From Octopus sinensis (Eukaryota), in assembly GCF_006345805.1 (NCBI RefSeq), contig NC_042997.1:110670001-110734000 (forward strand): a DNA stretch of 64,000 nt. The letters run 5' to 3'. A program made the translations under genes and the position numbers. This document shows, one piece after another, positions 1 to 13,311 of the stretch. The notes under the pieces are model-generated. The model saw only the letters and a program-made list of their open reading frames with translations, made no database searches and was not told the origin of the DNA. How positions within the stretch are numbered: the stretch's first letter is position 1; every line of letters starts with the position of its first letter.

Positions 1-99
1 TTGGAAAATTTTTGAAACCTTAATTCATGATGTCTGCTGTTCTCTAACGAAACATCAGTTCATGATGTCCACCATTTAAGAGTTAAACACTTGAAAATG

Positions 100-453
100 A
101 CATTATTTACATTTGATGGATATTTCTCCTCATCTTGTTTGTTGTTAACACAACGTTTCGGCTGAGATACCCTCCAGCCACAGACATATGGCATTGTGGT
201 TAAGAGCGTGGGCTACTAATCCCAAGATTCCGAGTTTGATTCCAGGCAGTAACCTGAATAATAATAATAATAATAATAACATTGAAAAATACCTTAGGAA
301 TGAGAACCCAGGTTTGAAATTTCCCCAAGACACCTGATGAAGGCTGGAGGGTATATCAGCCGAAACATTGTGTTAACAACAAACAAGATGAGGACAAATA
401 TCTGTCAAATATAAATAATGTACATAATTCCTCATTTCTTAAATGTAGAACTG
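100..453 (+). mobile_element. tRNA-headed hammerhead-bearing non-autonomous element, locus I (main copy 181-453 +, inverted partial copy 100-179 -)
   Basis: A/B-box head, (AAT)n, then GACAC-CTGATGA-A-GGCTG...CAGCC-GAAAC-ATT-GTGTT at 329-374. The inverted 3' piece abuts the head. A possible TSD CTTGA(A/G)AATGACATT lies at 90-104 and 456-470. Confidence 0.75.
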
Positions 454-2549
454 AACTTGAGAATGACATTTTTATCTTTTACTTGTTTGTCGTATGACTG
501 TGGTCATGCTGAGACACAAACTTGAAGTATTTTGCCAACTGGTCTCACTTGCTAACAACCATCCCACTCACAAATATCCAATGTGATATCATGCCTACAC
601 CTCAAAGACATAATGGCATTCTGGGGAGTCAATATAACATTGGAACTTGTAATAAATTCTTCTGCCACAAACAATGGAGATGCTGCACTGAACTGTCTTG
701 GGCAGTCTGTAGGCCATCTGAAAACCATTTTGGGCAGTATGGCACTCTGTTGCTTAAAGCCTTCAGAAATTGGAATAAGCTTTGAGTTAATGGGCCTGCA
801 GGGTAGAGACAAGAAGTAGAGAAAGATGATGGTATTAGTAACGCTAGCTCAAGTCCACCTTCTCTAATAATAAATGTCAAAACAAATTTCTGTGTGTCAG
901 TGTGTCACACTTTGACTCCGGTAGTGGTGGTGGTAGCTGAGGCGATCAAGCATGACTGTGATAGTAAGGGATAGTGGTGAGGGTGGTGGAGGAGAAGGCA
1001 GCAAAGTCAAAGGTGTTGATGGTGATGGCATCCACAGTCTGAATGGTGTGTGTATGGCAGTTGTGGTTGTGATGGTGATGGTTGAGAACAATCAACAGAA
1101 AGAGAGAGAGAAAGAAAGACGTTAGACAGAAAAAAAAATTGTACTGACCTCCCCCCTCATCCCCAAATGTAAAGGCAAAAAAATGTTGTTTATCATGAAG
1201 CTTTGCAATAAGTTCCAAGTCAACAAATTATATCCTTGTTTTGATGAAAATTGTTCTGTGTGGTAAGAAGCTTGCTTCCCAACCATATGGTTCCAGGTTC
1301 AGTCTCACTGTGTGGCACCTTGGGCAACTGTCTTCTACTATAGCCCCTGGCTGACCAAAGCCTTCTGAGTGGATTTGGTAGACGGGAACTGAAAGAAGCC
1401 CGTCGTCGTTGCCAGTGCTGCTGGACTGACTCCTGTGCAGGTGGCACGTAAAAAACACCATTTTCGAGCATGGCCGTTGCCAGTACCGGCTGACTGGCCC
1501 TCGTGCTGGTGGCACGTAAAAACACCCACTACACTCTCGAGTGGTTGGCATTAGGAAGGGCATCCAGCTGTAGAAACTCTGCCAGATCAGATTGGAACCT
1601 GGTGCAGCCATCTGGTTCGCCAGACCTCAGTCAAATCGTCCAACCCATGCTAGCATGGAAAGCGGACGTTAAACAATGATGATGATGATGCTAATATATA
1701 TATATATATGTGTGTTTGTCCCCACAACATCACTTGTCAACTGATGCTGGTGTATTTGCGTCCCTGTAACTTATTGGTTTCAGCAAAAGTGACAGATAGA
1801 ATAAGTACTAGGCTTACAAAGAATGAGTCCTGGCGTCAATTTGCTCGACTAAATGCAGTGCTCCAGCATGGCCATAGTCAGATGACTGAAACAAATAAAA
1901 GAATGTACTCAATGCACGAAGTGTCATTAATGGGCTCAGGGCCCAACAGAGACCCCTCCACAGGAACCAGCTTAAGCGGTTAGACTATAACGGACACTCA
2001 TGAACAAGTATGACTTGGGTAGTTATGAGTCGATATAGACACCCTCCTGGTCCTCTCTTTCAACATGTGGAACATCTGGAATGTGGCGGCTGGAAGGAGG
2101 AGGAGACACCACCAGCATATGACTGGTAGTCAGTCTCTCCAGCTGAACAATGGGAAGTGATGTCTTGTTCATAGAAATGACATGATGTTGTATCGATGAC
2201 CTGAAAGTCCTGAGCCCAACATTAAATCAACCCAGATAAATGATTTCTGTTGTATAATACTGCTAGTCAGATATTTTAGAAAATACCGAATATGGCCGAT
2301 GCCAGTGCTGCTTTGACTGGCTTCCGTGCCAGTGGCACATAAAAAGCACCCACTACACTCTCGGAGTGGTTGGCGTTAGGGCATCCAGCTGTAGAAACTC
2401 TGATAGATCAGATTGGGGCCTGGTGCAGCCTCCTGGCTTCCCAGACCCCAGTCGAACTGTCCAACCCATGCCAGCATGGAAAATGGACGTTAAACGATGA
2501 TGATGACGACCTGAGGCCAAATGGCTATCTTTAATTTAGATCACTTTAA

Positions 2550-2776
2550 CCCTTTTGTTACCATATTTCTGTTGAAATCCAATGCTTCTTGTTTTAATTA
2601 ATTTTGAAAATAACAAAGAATTTATTAAAATAACCATGTCATTCTTAAAATGGTGTTTGGAGCTTAAATTAACAAGTAATTTTGATGGAAGGTTTTAATT
2701 TCAGTCACTTTAAAACATTAAGTGAATATCCTTAAGTCAAGAGTAATGGTCTTGGGTGGCTTGGTATCAAAATGGG
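2550..2776. mobile_element. piggyBac-like MITE (related decayed pieces at ~5660-5885, ~46100-46234, ~59553-59640)
   Basis: TTAA on both sides; TIRs CCCTTTTGTTACC / GGTATCAAAATGGG. Confidence 0.65.
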
Positions 2777-2826
2777 TTAATCCAGATTTAAAGCAACAGA
2801 GCCAAAATGATGACCTGTTTCAGTAG

Positions 2827-3058
2827 GGTGGCGAGCTGGCAGAAACGTTAGCACACCGGGTGAAATGCTTAGCAGTATTTCATCTGTCATTATGTTCTTG
2901 AGTTCAAATTCCGCCGAGATCAACTTTGCCTTTCATCCTTTCGGGGTCGATAAATTAAGTACCAGTTTCGCACTGGGGGTGATGTAATCGACTTAATCCC
3001 TTTGTCTGTCCTTGTTTGTCCCCTCTATGTTTAGCCCCTTGTGGACAATAAAGAAATT
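2827..3058 (+). mobile_element. tRNA-derived SINE with GCCTTTCATCCTTTCGGGGTCGATAAA central domain
   Basis: Copies at ~19983-20390 (dimer), 37121-37352, 38790-38955, 42226-42459, 53869-54283 (dimer), 57313-57650 (tandem). Superfamily name not verified. Confidence 0.78.
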
Positions 3059-4318
3059 CATATCATCCAGTTTAGTCGATGGCCATATTTTATGTCCTTA
3101 TCTTTATCATCGTTATCTTCTCCATTGTGATCGGTCATCATCGTTATCATTATCGTCATCATTGTCATTTAATGTCCAGCTTCCATGCTGTGTATTGCTA
3201 TGTGTTTTATGTGTTAGTATGAAGACAAGTGTCGACCATTTGTTAGTTTGTTACAATGGAAGAATCTCTCTAATCAAAGATGAATGACAATGTGTGTGTG
3301 TGTGTGTGTGTGTTAAGATAAGCGCCACATGAAGGCAAGTGTTAATATAGACAAACATATTCCAGTTTGCCATGATGTAACCATGGTTTCCTTCATATGC
3401 TGCTAGTGTTACTGCAGCATGGAAAGATTTCAGCAAAAAAATAATAATTCTGACTTGTGGTGCATCTAAGAATTGAGAATTGATTCCATTTGACAATGGC
3501 AGAGATTGTGAGAATGGAGAATGATCTATGATGGTCCTTTAAATATCTGGCTTCAATTGTAGAATGGAACAATATCATGACAAATCATGTTTCTCAGAAT
3601 AAATACAAAACAAAATAAAATAACTATTATTGAAGAAATTTATTCTTTCTTTTATCCTCCTTAAAGAATTATTTTTAGCTCAAAGCCATATAGCTTTGGA
3701 ACCACAAAGCTCTTCTTTGAAGAAAACCTCATTATTTTTAAATCCGATAAAGACAATGGCAAGGTTTCGGAATGATGGAAAGGAAAAATGCACTCGAGCA
3801 TTTTTCCTTATTTATATTCATGCTTTGTTGTTCTGTTTTTTTTTTAAATTTGTTTTTAATTAAAATTACAATTCATTTGACTTTTCATATCTTGAGGGTT
3901 GAGTAAATGAAGTACCTGTAATATATTAGGGCTGATGCCATTCTATTTTGTTCCTACAATACTGTCTGGCACATGAAAAGTTCCTTTTGAGTGTTGGGCT
4001 TCACAGGCAATGACAAATGACCGAAACCCTTGGCATTATGCTGTGCTTCAGAAGAAAACCCATCAAATGCCAAGTAATATCGCAGTCATGGCAGATACTG
4101 GTGTCATGCAAATGGCACCTGTGCCGGTGGTACATAAGGCACCCATTACACTCTTGGAGTGGTTGACATTAGGGAGGGCATTCATCATTAGAAACCATGA
4201 CAAATCAGACTGGAGTCTGGTGCAGCCTTCCAGCTTGCCAGCCCTCGTTAAACCGTCCAACCCATGCCAACATGGACAATAGACATTTAATGATGATGAT
4301 GATGATGATAATATATAT

Positions 4319-4487
4319 ATAATTGTTAAAGAGGACAACAAACATTAAGGCAAGGCAAACATCTCAAGTTATATACATTATTATTATTATTGGAAAAAGA
4401 ACTTTTTTTCCAATAATAATAATAATAATGTATATAACTTGAGATGTTTGCCTTGCCTTAACATTTGTTGTCCTCTTTAACAATTAT
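4319..4487. repeat. Near-perfect ~80-bp-arm palindrome with a 2-nt loop
   Basis: Arms differ only at AAACATT/AAATGTT, by one ATT unit and in the A/T run length at the centre. Confidence 0.92.
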
Positions 4488-4625
4488 GTATCCGCTATAT
4501 CAGAAATCTGCAATGGTTCCATAACTACCGCCTCGGCTATAACCTTGGAGCCCCAGTAATCTGTTACAGCACTTACCTAGCGTACCTAATCGTTTAGATC
4601 ACCTGTGAACTAAACCCCCATACTT

Positions 4626-4671
<46 letters not shown>

Positions 4672-6794
4672 ATCCATATAGGTGTGGCTGTGTGGTAAGA
4701 AGCTGGCTCCTCAACCATATGGTCCAAGTTCAGTCCCACTGTGTGACACCTTGGGCAAGTGTCTTCCACTACAGCCCCAGGCTGGCCAAAGCTTTGGGAG
4801 TAGATTTGGTAGATGGGGAAACTGAAAGAAGCCTGTCATATGTTATATATCGATATGCATGTCTTTGTCTGTTTGCCCCACACCCAGCCACTTGATAACC
4901 GGTGTTGGTGTGTTTACATCCACTGTAACTTAGCAGTCCAGCAAAAGAGACTGATGTAATGAGTACTAGGATTTCAAATACTAAAAGAGTAGAGAGGGCT
5001 GATTCATTTGGCTAAAATTCTTCTCAAGGTCCCCCTTTCCCCCTGACTCCTATTTTGATCTCCTTCAACCCTCCCACTCTGTCCACATCCATCCTCACCC
5101 CTATAATATGCAGAGCCATGAAGCTCTTCTACAGCAAGGAACCTTTGAAACCGTCCAACCCATACCAGCAGGGAACATGGGCATTAAATGATGTTTATAA
5201 TTTATTCAAATATTCGGCAAAACCAGTAGAAATGGCTTCCATGAATTTACTGTTGTCAACCTTTTGATATGGAAGGACAAAATTCTTTTACTCTTTTACT
5301 TGTCTCAGTCATTTGGCTGTGCCATGCTGGAGTATTCACTGCCTTGAAGGGTTTTAGCCACATGAATTAACCCTGTTTTTTTTTTTTTAAGCTTGGTACT
5401 TATTCGATCAGTCTCTTTTACTGAACAGGGATGTAAATATACTAACACCAGTTGCCAAGCAGTGGCTGGGGACACACACACACACACACACATCTATGAT
5501 GGGCTTTCGGTTTCTATCTATCAAATCCATTCACAAGTCTTTGGTTGGCTCAAGGCTATAGAAGGCACTTGCCCAAGGTGCCACACAGTGGGACTGAACC
5601 CAGAACCTTGTGGTTTGAGAAGCAAACTTCTTACCCACACAGCCATGCTTACACCTATGAGACCCTTTTGTTCCCATATTTCTGTTGAAATTACATTTTA
5701 TTTGTTTAAATTCATTTTGAAAAAAATTGAAGTATATCGTAAAATATCCTTGTTCTTAAGTTGGTGTTTGGAACATGAATTAACAAGAAATCTTAATGAA
5801 GGATTTTAACTTAGATCACCTTAAACCAGGGAATTTATACTGTAAACTAGTGGTGGCCATGGATGGGTTGGTATCAAAAAGTTTGGATCAAATTAATAAA
5901 ACATGAGGATAATTCATAGATTTTGTCATTATTGAAATATGAATATAACAAAAAAAATTCTTTTGTTCCTCAAAGAATTCTTCTAATGAACCATAATTCT
6001 TTCTGTTGAAAGAATTGAGTGGTTTTGGTAATTATTTAATGGAACTACAATGGAAATGGATTCTAGATTTTCAATGTCATTCTACTCTGCTTAACTTTAC
6101 AGCACTTTTACACTTTTACAGCCTCCATTACTAATTATCAAAAGTCATTTTTTTGAATTCATTGTTTTGAGGCAACTGGGACATTTTCAATGTGGTTACA
6201 ACTTCTCCACCCACCCTTTCTGATTCTTTGTCTGCATTCTCTCTTCCACTCACTTTCTCGTATCCTGAGGGTATGCTCCAACACATTGTCACACCAGACT
6301 CTTTTCTTTTCAGCTATTCCCACCCACCCTTATATAATGTCAGGTAGCCTTGTACCTCCTCTATAGCAAGACCCCCTCTGCTTGTCCCTTTATCATGCTT
6401 CAGCCTCTCAGCACCTGGCACAAAGCCACCTCCCTCAACTCTACAACCTTGCTTAGTCAGGGGCTCTTTTCTTTGTTTTTCAAGTTACTCTGTTGTTAGT
6501 GTCATGAAAAAAGCACCCAGTAAGCTCTGCAATGGTGGTTGGTGTTGAGAAGGGCATCCAGCCATAGAAACCATTCCAAAGCAGATGTTGGAGTTCAATG
6601 CTGTTCCTTTGGATTGTTGGATCCTGCCAAGCTCTCCATCCCATTCCAGTATGGAAGCCAGACATTGATGATGATGAATTATCATAAATCTGAGACCAAG
6701 CAAAAAAAAAAAGGGTCATATGATATGCAAGAGATATTTTGGAGGAGGGATTTCTTAACTCAAAATTAGCAGTACTTTATATATAAATATCTTT

Positions 6795-7382
6795 CACCTG
6801 TGCTGCCTCCGGAAAATCCTTCGCATCAAATGGCAGAATCATATCCCCAACAAAAATGTCCTCAAGCAAGCAGGAATACTAAGCATGTTTGCACTCCTCA
6901 CACAGAGACGTATGAGATGGCTTCGACATGTTAGCCATATGGAAGATGGCAGAATCCCCAAGGACATACTCTATGGAGAGCTTGCTAGGGGCACTAGGTC
7001 TGGGGGAAGACCGTTCTTACGATACAAGGATGTTTGCAAAAGGAACATGAATGCCTGCAACATCAATATTACCAATTGGGAAGCAGTTGCCAGCAACTGT
7101 TGAGATTGGCGACGTACCGTAAAAGAGGGAACACAAAGGAGTGACATAGAGGGAGAGGAAAAATGGAAAGACAAGAAAAGACGTCAACAAGAAACTATGA
7201 AATTACAACCAGCCAGGCAAAGTCTTCGCTACATTTGCGGCACCTGCCAGAAGGAATGTTTGTTCAGGATAGGACTACACAGCCACAGCAGGAGATGTAT
7301 TAGGACATGAAATGTAAAAGCTGGACTAGATTATTTTATGCATAACTCCATTGTCTCCCGAGACAAAAAGGATGCCAACAAA
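6795..7382 (+). pseudogene. 3' fragment of a second (BovB-like) RTE LINE
   Basis: RMRWLRHV..MEDGRIPKDILYGEL..GRPFLRYKDVCK, and after a stop CGTCQKECLFRIGLHSHSRRC, the typical RTE C-terminal Cys/His motif. Confidence 0.8.
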
Positions 7383-8308
7383 GCGTAGGCATGGCTGCGC
7401 AGTAAAAAGTTTGTTTCTCAACCATGTGATTCTGGGTGGCACCTTGCGTAAGTGTCTGCTCCTAAAGCCTCTGACCAACCAAAGCAGCATCAGTGGATTT
7501 AGTAGATGGAAACTGAAAGAAGCCTCTGTGTGTGTGCACGCGCGCGCGTGTCCCACCACCACTTGACACCCGGTGTTGATGCGTTTATGTCCCCATAACT
7601 TAGCAGTTTGGCAAAAGAGACTGATAGAATAAATATCAGGCTTAAAAATGTGAGTAACAGGGTCGATTCATTTGAGTAAAATTCTTCAAGCCCATACCCC
7701 AGCATGGCTGCAGTCCAATGACTGAAACAAGTAAAAAATAAAAGATAAATACAGCAACAAAACCTCCACTTCTTCTTTTGGGCTTCCAATATTTCCTTTC
7801 TTTATCTGCGTTTGTTCTGAAATCTTGATGTTCAAATCATTTTCTGGAGAATGGTGCTGGAGTGGTATGATCCATAGTGTTGGACACCATGGCCTTCTGC
7901 TATTTAATTAGAGCACGTAAAAAGCACCTTGTACATTCTGTAAAGTGGTTGGTGTTAAAAAGGGCATCTAGCTGTAAAAACCCTGCAAAAACAGACAGCG
8001 AAGCTTGGTGCAGTCATGTGCCTAGCCAGCTCCTCTCAAACCGTCCAACCCATGCCAGCATGAAAAGCAGATGTTAAATCAGGACGATGATTATGATGAG
8101 GATATTTTACGGTCTGAGTTCAAATCCCACCTAGGTCAATTCTGTCGTTTCAGAGTTTAATTATTAATCATGTGCTGGGGATAATGTAATCAAGTAACCC
8201 CTTGCCCCTCCTCCACCCGCCCAACTGCTCTCATAATGGTCTTTTTAGAACTGTAGCAAACGAATGTGTGCAGGGAGAAAATTCCAGAGGGATGATGTCC
8301 GGGGGAAT

Positions 8309-8680
8309 ATGAATTATGTACATTATTTACAATTGATGGATATTTTTCCTCGTCTTGTTTGTTGTTAACACGTTTCAGCTGATATACCCTCCAGCCTTTA
8401 TCAGGTGTCTTGAGGAAATTTCGAACCAGGGTTCTCATTCCTAAGGTATTTTTTGATGTCATTATTATTATTCAGGTCACTGCCTGGAATTGGACTCGGA
8501 ATCTTGGGTTTAGTAGCCTTTGCTCTTAACCATTATGCCATATGCCCCCCCTGATGAAGGCTGGAGTGTATATCAGCTTAAATGTTGTGTTAACAACAAA
8601 CAAGATGAGGACAAATATCGGTCAAATGTAAAATAATTTAAATAATGTACATAATTCGTCATCTCTTAAATATAGAACTG
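8309..8680 (-). mobile_element. tRNA-headed hammerhead element, locus II (main copy 8309-8545 -, inverted partial 8550-8680 +)
   Basis: Same consensus as locus I. Cores are decayed (CTGATAA at 8398-8404; CTGATGA at 8551-8557 with GAAAC changed to TAAAT). Confidence 0.75.
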
Positions 8681-9103
8681 TATTGGATTGGGAATAGTGA
8701 TTAGTGTGTGGGGAAAGTAAAGGAGAAGGAGACACAGCAAGGGTGGTGGGAGGAGGTAAGATGAATGAGTCAGGGGTACCTGTGTGGTAGAAGTATGAGG
8801 CTAGGTATCTCCAAAGAACAAAGGCCATTACGTCAGAGAGGAGACAGCATGCGTTTTGGCCAGAGGCTGGAGTGTGTCCAGTGGTGATGGAGTGCCAATT
8901 AGCCAAGTGACCTTTCTATGAATGTGATCCAGGATGTCTTTGTACATAACAGCAGCCCAATCCCAAATGTAGGTGCACAGGTTCAGTCCCACTGCATGGC
9001 ACCTTAGGAAACTGTCTTCTACTATAGCTTTGGGCCAACAAAAGCCTTAAGAGTGGATTTGTTAGATGGAAACTGAAAGAAGCCCATTGTATACATATAT
9101 ATG

Positions 9104-9162
<59 letters not shown>

Positions 9163-12100
9163 TCAAATCAAAATTGCTGACGTGGCTGATGACAGTACCA
9201 CCTGATTGGCACTCATGCCAGTGGAGTGTTAAAAGCATATCCAAGCATGATCGTTGCCAGGGCTGCTGATTGGCTCCCATGCTGGTGACATGTAAAAAGC
9301 ACCATTTGATCATGATCGTTGCCAGCATCGCCTTCGTGGCACGTGAAAAACAACAATCGAGCGAGTTGTTGCCAGTGTCACTGGACTAGCTCCACTTGCC
9401 TCCATGAGACCCAACGCTCAAAAGGAACTCAGCCACTTTGCTTTCATGAGGCCCAACACTTGAAAGGAACTCGGCCATCTCACCTCCGTGAAGCCCGTTT
9501 GAAAGGAACTCAGCCACCATACCTCCGGTAGGCCCAACACTCGAAAGGAATTCAGCCACTTTACCTCCATGTGGCCCAGGAGCTTGGCCACTTTGCTTCC
9601 ATGAGGCCCAACACACGAAAGGAACTGCTTGACAACTAGTGTTGGTGTGTTTACAATCCTGTAACTTAGTCACTTAGCAAAAGAGACTGATAAAATACCA
9701 GGCTTTAAAAAAAAGACAGGTACCAGGTTGGATTCATTTGACTGAAAGTTCTTCAAGGCAGTGCCCCAGTATGGCCACAGTCCAATGACTGGAACAAGCA
9801 AAAGACAAAACATGTAACCAAATCATTCTTTAACCATTTCAACTCGCAATTCCTTCAAACTCCATTTTCTTTCTTGTCGTGAATGTTGTTTTCTAAAATG
9901 TTTTAAAATGATTTAAACTCAAGAGTTTCTGATGGAGATTTCTATGAATCGCAGCAATTTCTTAAACCTGCCAATCCTCTTATTTTTGTTAATGGCACTT
10001 AATAATGGTTTTAAAATGGCTGCAGATGTGGCGTGGGGTAGGGTCTATGTGTGACAGTGTGACCTGAGAAAGGGTCAACCTATGTAAGTAGAAGTTAACA
10101 GATATCTAACTTTATTTCAAAAGTATTCTACTTATTGTTGGTTTTGGAATGTAAGAAGTGAGGAAGAGAATATTCCGGAGAATTGTCTTGTCATTTTCAT
10201 TTAAGAAATCAACTCAGATGAAGTACAGACATTTTCAAGGAATTTTCTTTTAAACCATTCTCATTGACAGATGAAGTATATGGCTATATTAATGCTGCTA
10301 AAACCTGTTCAAATGAGAAATTCCTAAGTGTAGGAACTTGAGAAAAATCAGACTATTATTAACTCCTACTTGAGCAATTTCCTTCCATCTTTCCAGTCAG
10401 GGTAAATTTATGGCCAAAGTGAAGGTACCAACAAAAGATATCAAAAACTTGTTCTTCAGTTGGATTTACTTTCAACTTGATTTTGTTAGACATAAGAACG
10501 TGTGGACATGTTTGTTTTGTTTTGTTCACTGTTTCCCTTCATCACTCATGAGTCTATCTGACTGATGAGATTGATGTGATTAATGTTTAGCAGTTTGTTT
10601 TGTAGATTGATATTTGTAAAGAAAATATAAAGGAGTGTGAGAGAATTCCAGAGGTTTATAGTTGCAAGAAGGAAGGACTGACGGAAGTATTTAGTTTGGG
10701 GTTAGGGAAGACAATGATGATGGCAAGGGGCTGAGGATTATCTAAGCTGCAGGGATGGCTGCGTGGCTAAGAAGTTCACTTCAGAGCCATGTGGTTAGGA
10801 GTTTAGTCCCACCACATGGACTTTGTCAGCTGTTGTTCTGTTCTCTAAATGTGGTTCAACTTTACCTTGATTGAAGTTGTTAGATTGAAACTGAAGAAGC
10901 CTAGTGTGTGTGCATGTGTATATGTATATATGTATGTGTGTGAAATATCATCATCATCATCATCGTTTAATGTCCATTTTCCATGCTGGAATGGGTTGGA
11001 CGATTTGACTGAAGACTGGCTGCACCAGGCTCCAATCTGATCTGGCAGTTTCTTCATACAGCTGGATGCCCTTCCTAACACCAACCACTCCGAGAGTGTA
11101 GTGGGTGCTTTTACGTGCCACTGGCACAAGGACCAGTTAGGCGGTACTGGCATCAGTCATGTTCAAATGGTGTTTTTTTTATGTGCCACCTGCACAGGAG
11201 CCAGTCCAGCAGCACTGGCAATGACCTCACTTGAATATTTTTTTCTTCATGTGTCACCGGCACAAGTGCCAGTAAGGTAACACTGGTAACAATCACGCTC
11301 GAATGGTGTGTTTTATGTGCTACTGGTACGGGAGCCTGTCAGCTACCCTGGCAACGATCATGCTCATATGGTGCTCTTAGCACTCCACTAGCACAGATGC
11401 CAGTCATGCAGTGCTGTCATCGAATTTGATTTTGCTTGCTTCACCAGGTCTTCACAAGCAGAGTTTAGTGTCCAGCGAAGGAAAGGTACACATAAGTGGG
11501 TTGGTTACACCCCTGGCATAGGCCATGGGTTATGGTCTCATTTGGCTTGCTGGGTCTTCTCGAACACAGCATATTTCCAAAGGTTTTGGTGACAAGTCAT
11601 TGCCTCCGTGAGGCCTATTGTTCAGAGGTCATGCTTCACTGCCTCAGCCCAGGTCTTCCTGGGTCTACCTCTTCTATATATTTTACTGTGAAGCTTTTTG
11701 TTAAGCAACGTTGATTTTTACAATTCTGTAAATAATAATAATAGTATTTTACAAGCTTATAAGCACTCACCCCACAGTGACTAAGGAAATTAGTGTAAAT
11801 AATGGGGCATATAAGCCCTCGACGGAAAAAATAGGTTTTCCCCTTATGCATGGGATTCAAATCCACACCATTTATTTTCACAAGAATGCTATCATTCTGT
11901 CAGATTTAAAAGCTATAATTAATTTGTAGTTGATTTTGTAAACAAACTTTCATGTGCTTTTACTGCAATGGTTTAAAAAAATTTTTTTTTTTTTAAGTAG
12001 CGTTGATTTTTACAATTATAGTTCTAAAATCTGATAGAACAAAGCAGGTTGGTGCACTAGTGTAATGGTAGCATTCTTGTTGTGAAAACAAAGAAGTATG

Positions 12101-12204
12101 GGTTTGAGTCCCTATTTTTTTCCATTATTAGACTATTTTCTTTAGTCATTGTGTGGTGATCGTTTATAAACTTTAAGCTTATAATATTATTATCATTATT
12201 TACA

Positions 12205-12239
<35 letters not shown>

Positions 12240-12347
12240 GAGGGAGATAAATTGAATATTAATTTAATTAATATTGATTTAAAACCAGTAGCCTAGCATA
12301 CAAAAATCTGAAAAATCAGAAAATTCTAATACATGTATATATTTAAT

Positions 12348-12390
<43 letters not shown>

Positions 12391-12492
12391 TATACATATA
12401 TATATATTATAATAAGAGTAGCTCGTATACGAGTGGGTACATATTTGTAAAAAATGAAGTTTGAAAATGCCACTATATTAGATAAATTTTAA

Positions 12493-12535
12493 TTTTACAT
12501 GTTTCGGTTCTTGAAATAACGAACCTTATCAAAAA
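12493..12535 (-). ncRNA. Minimal hammerhead-like motif with compensatory U3-A8 core (predicted)
   Basis: Minus strand reads ttt-TTGATAA-GGTTC-gttatttcaa-GAACC-GAAA-CATG-TA-aaa: perfect 5-bp stem II, ACATGT palindrome, GUA triplet, weak A-U stem I. It lies among (TA)n arrays. Confidence 0.55.
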
Positions 12536-12838
12536 AATTTTTTATATAATAAAGAGAGTCCATGCTATATGCTTAAAGAGTATGATGGAACAGTTCATAA
12601 TTGTGACATACATTCAATAGAGTCAAATATGAAAAATCCATGTTCTTGAAAAGGCGAGGAGATCATTATAGATTTTACCTTGTGTTCCAATGGGAGCAAC
12701 AGTAATGATTCTTGGTCGGCGTCTGCTGGCGTAATTTTGGTAAATTTTGTGATTGTTGGATTTATATCAGCTAAGCTGTGGGTCCTGGTCTCTGGCACTG
12801 TTCACTGACGTCATATAGTTCCAAACCAATCAAAACCC

Positions 12839-12913
<75 letters not shown>

Positions 12914-13311
12914 GGAATACAAAAAGTGGGACAAGAATGCAAAACATCCAGACAGATGATACAAAAAAGGAACAAGAACAAACAAGGATGGGTCATTCGA
13001 AGTTTCTTTCCTCAGTCGAGTTCCAAATTATCTAAGCAATTTTGGCTGGTTATACTTGAGATTGCTCCAATCTGGCCAGCTCCAAGGAAAAACTAAGCTA
13101 AGAGCACTAGATTCCTTAGAAGAAAGCAAATGTATATGAAAACAAGGACGGAAAAAAAAAACGGAGAAATAGTACACATATAAATGCAAATAACAGGACA
13201 TACCTGTCATCTCTTATGTCCCTGCCATAAGGCTTCATTTCAACACACGGCAGCTTAATTTAATTCGTCCTTAGTCAAAAGACACCTGTTGTTAATGTCC
13301 TGTTAGGGTTA

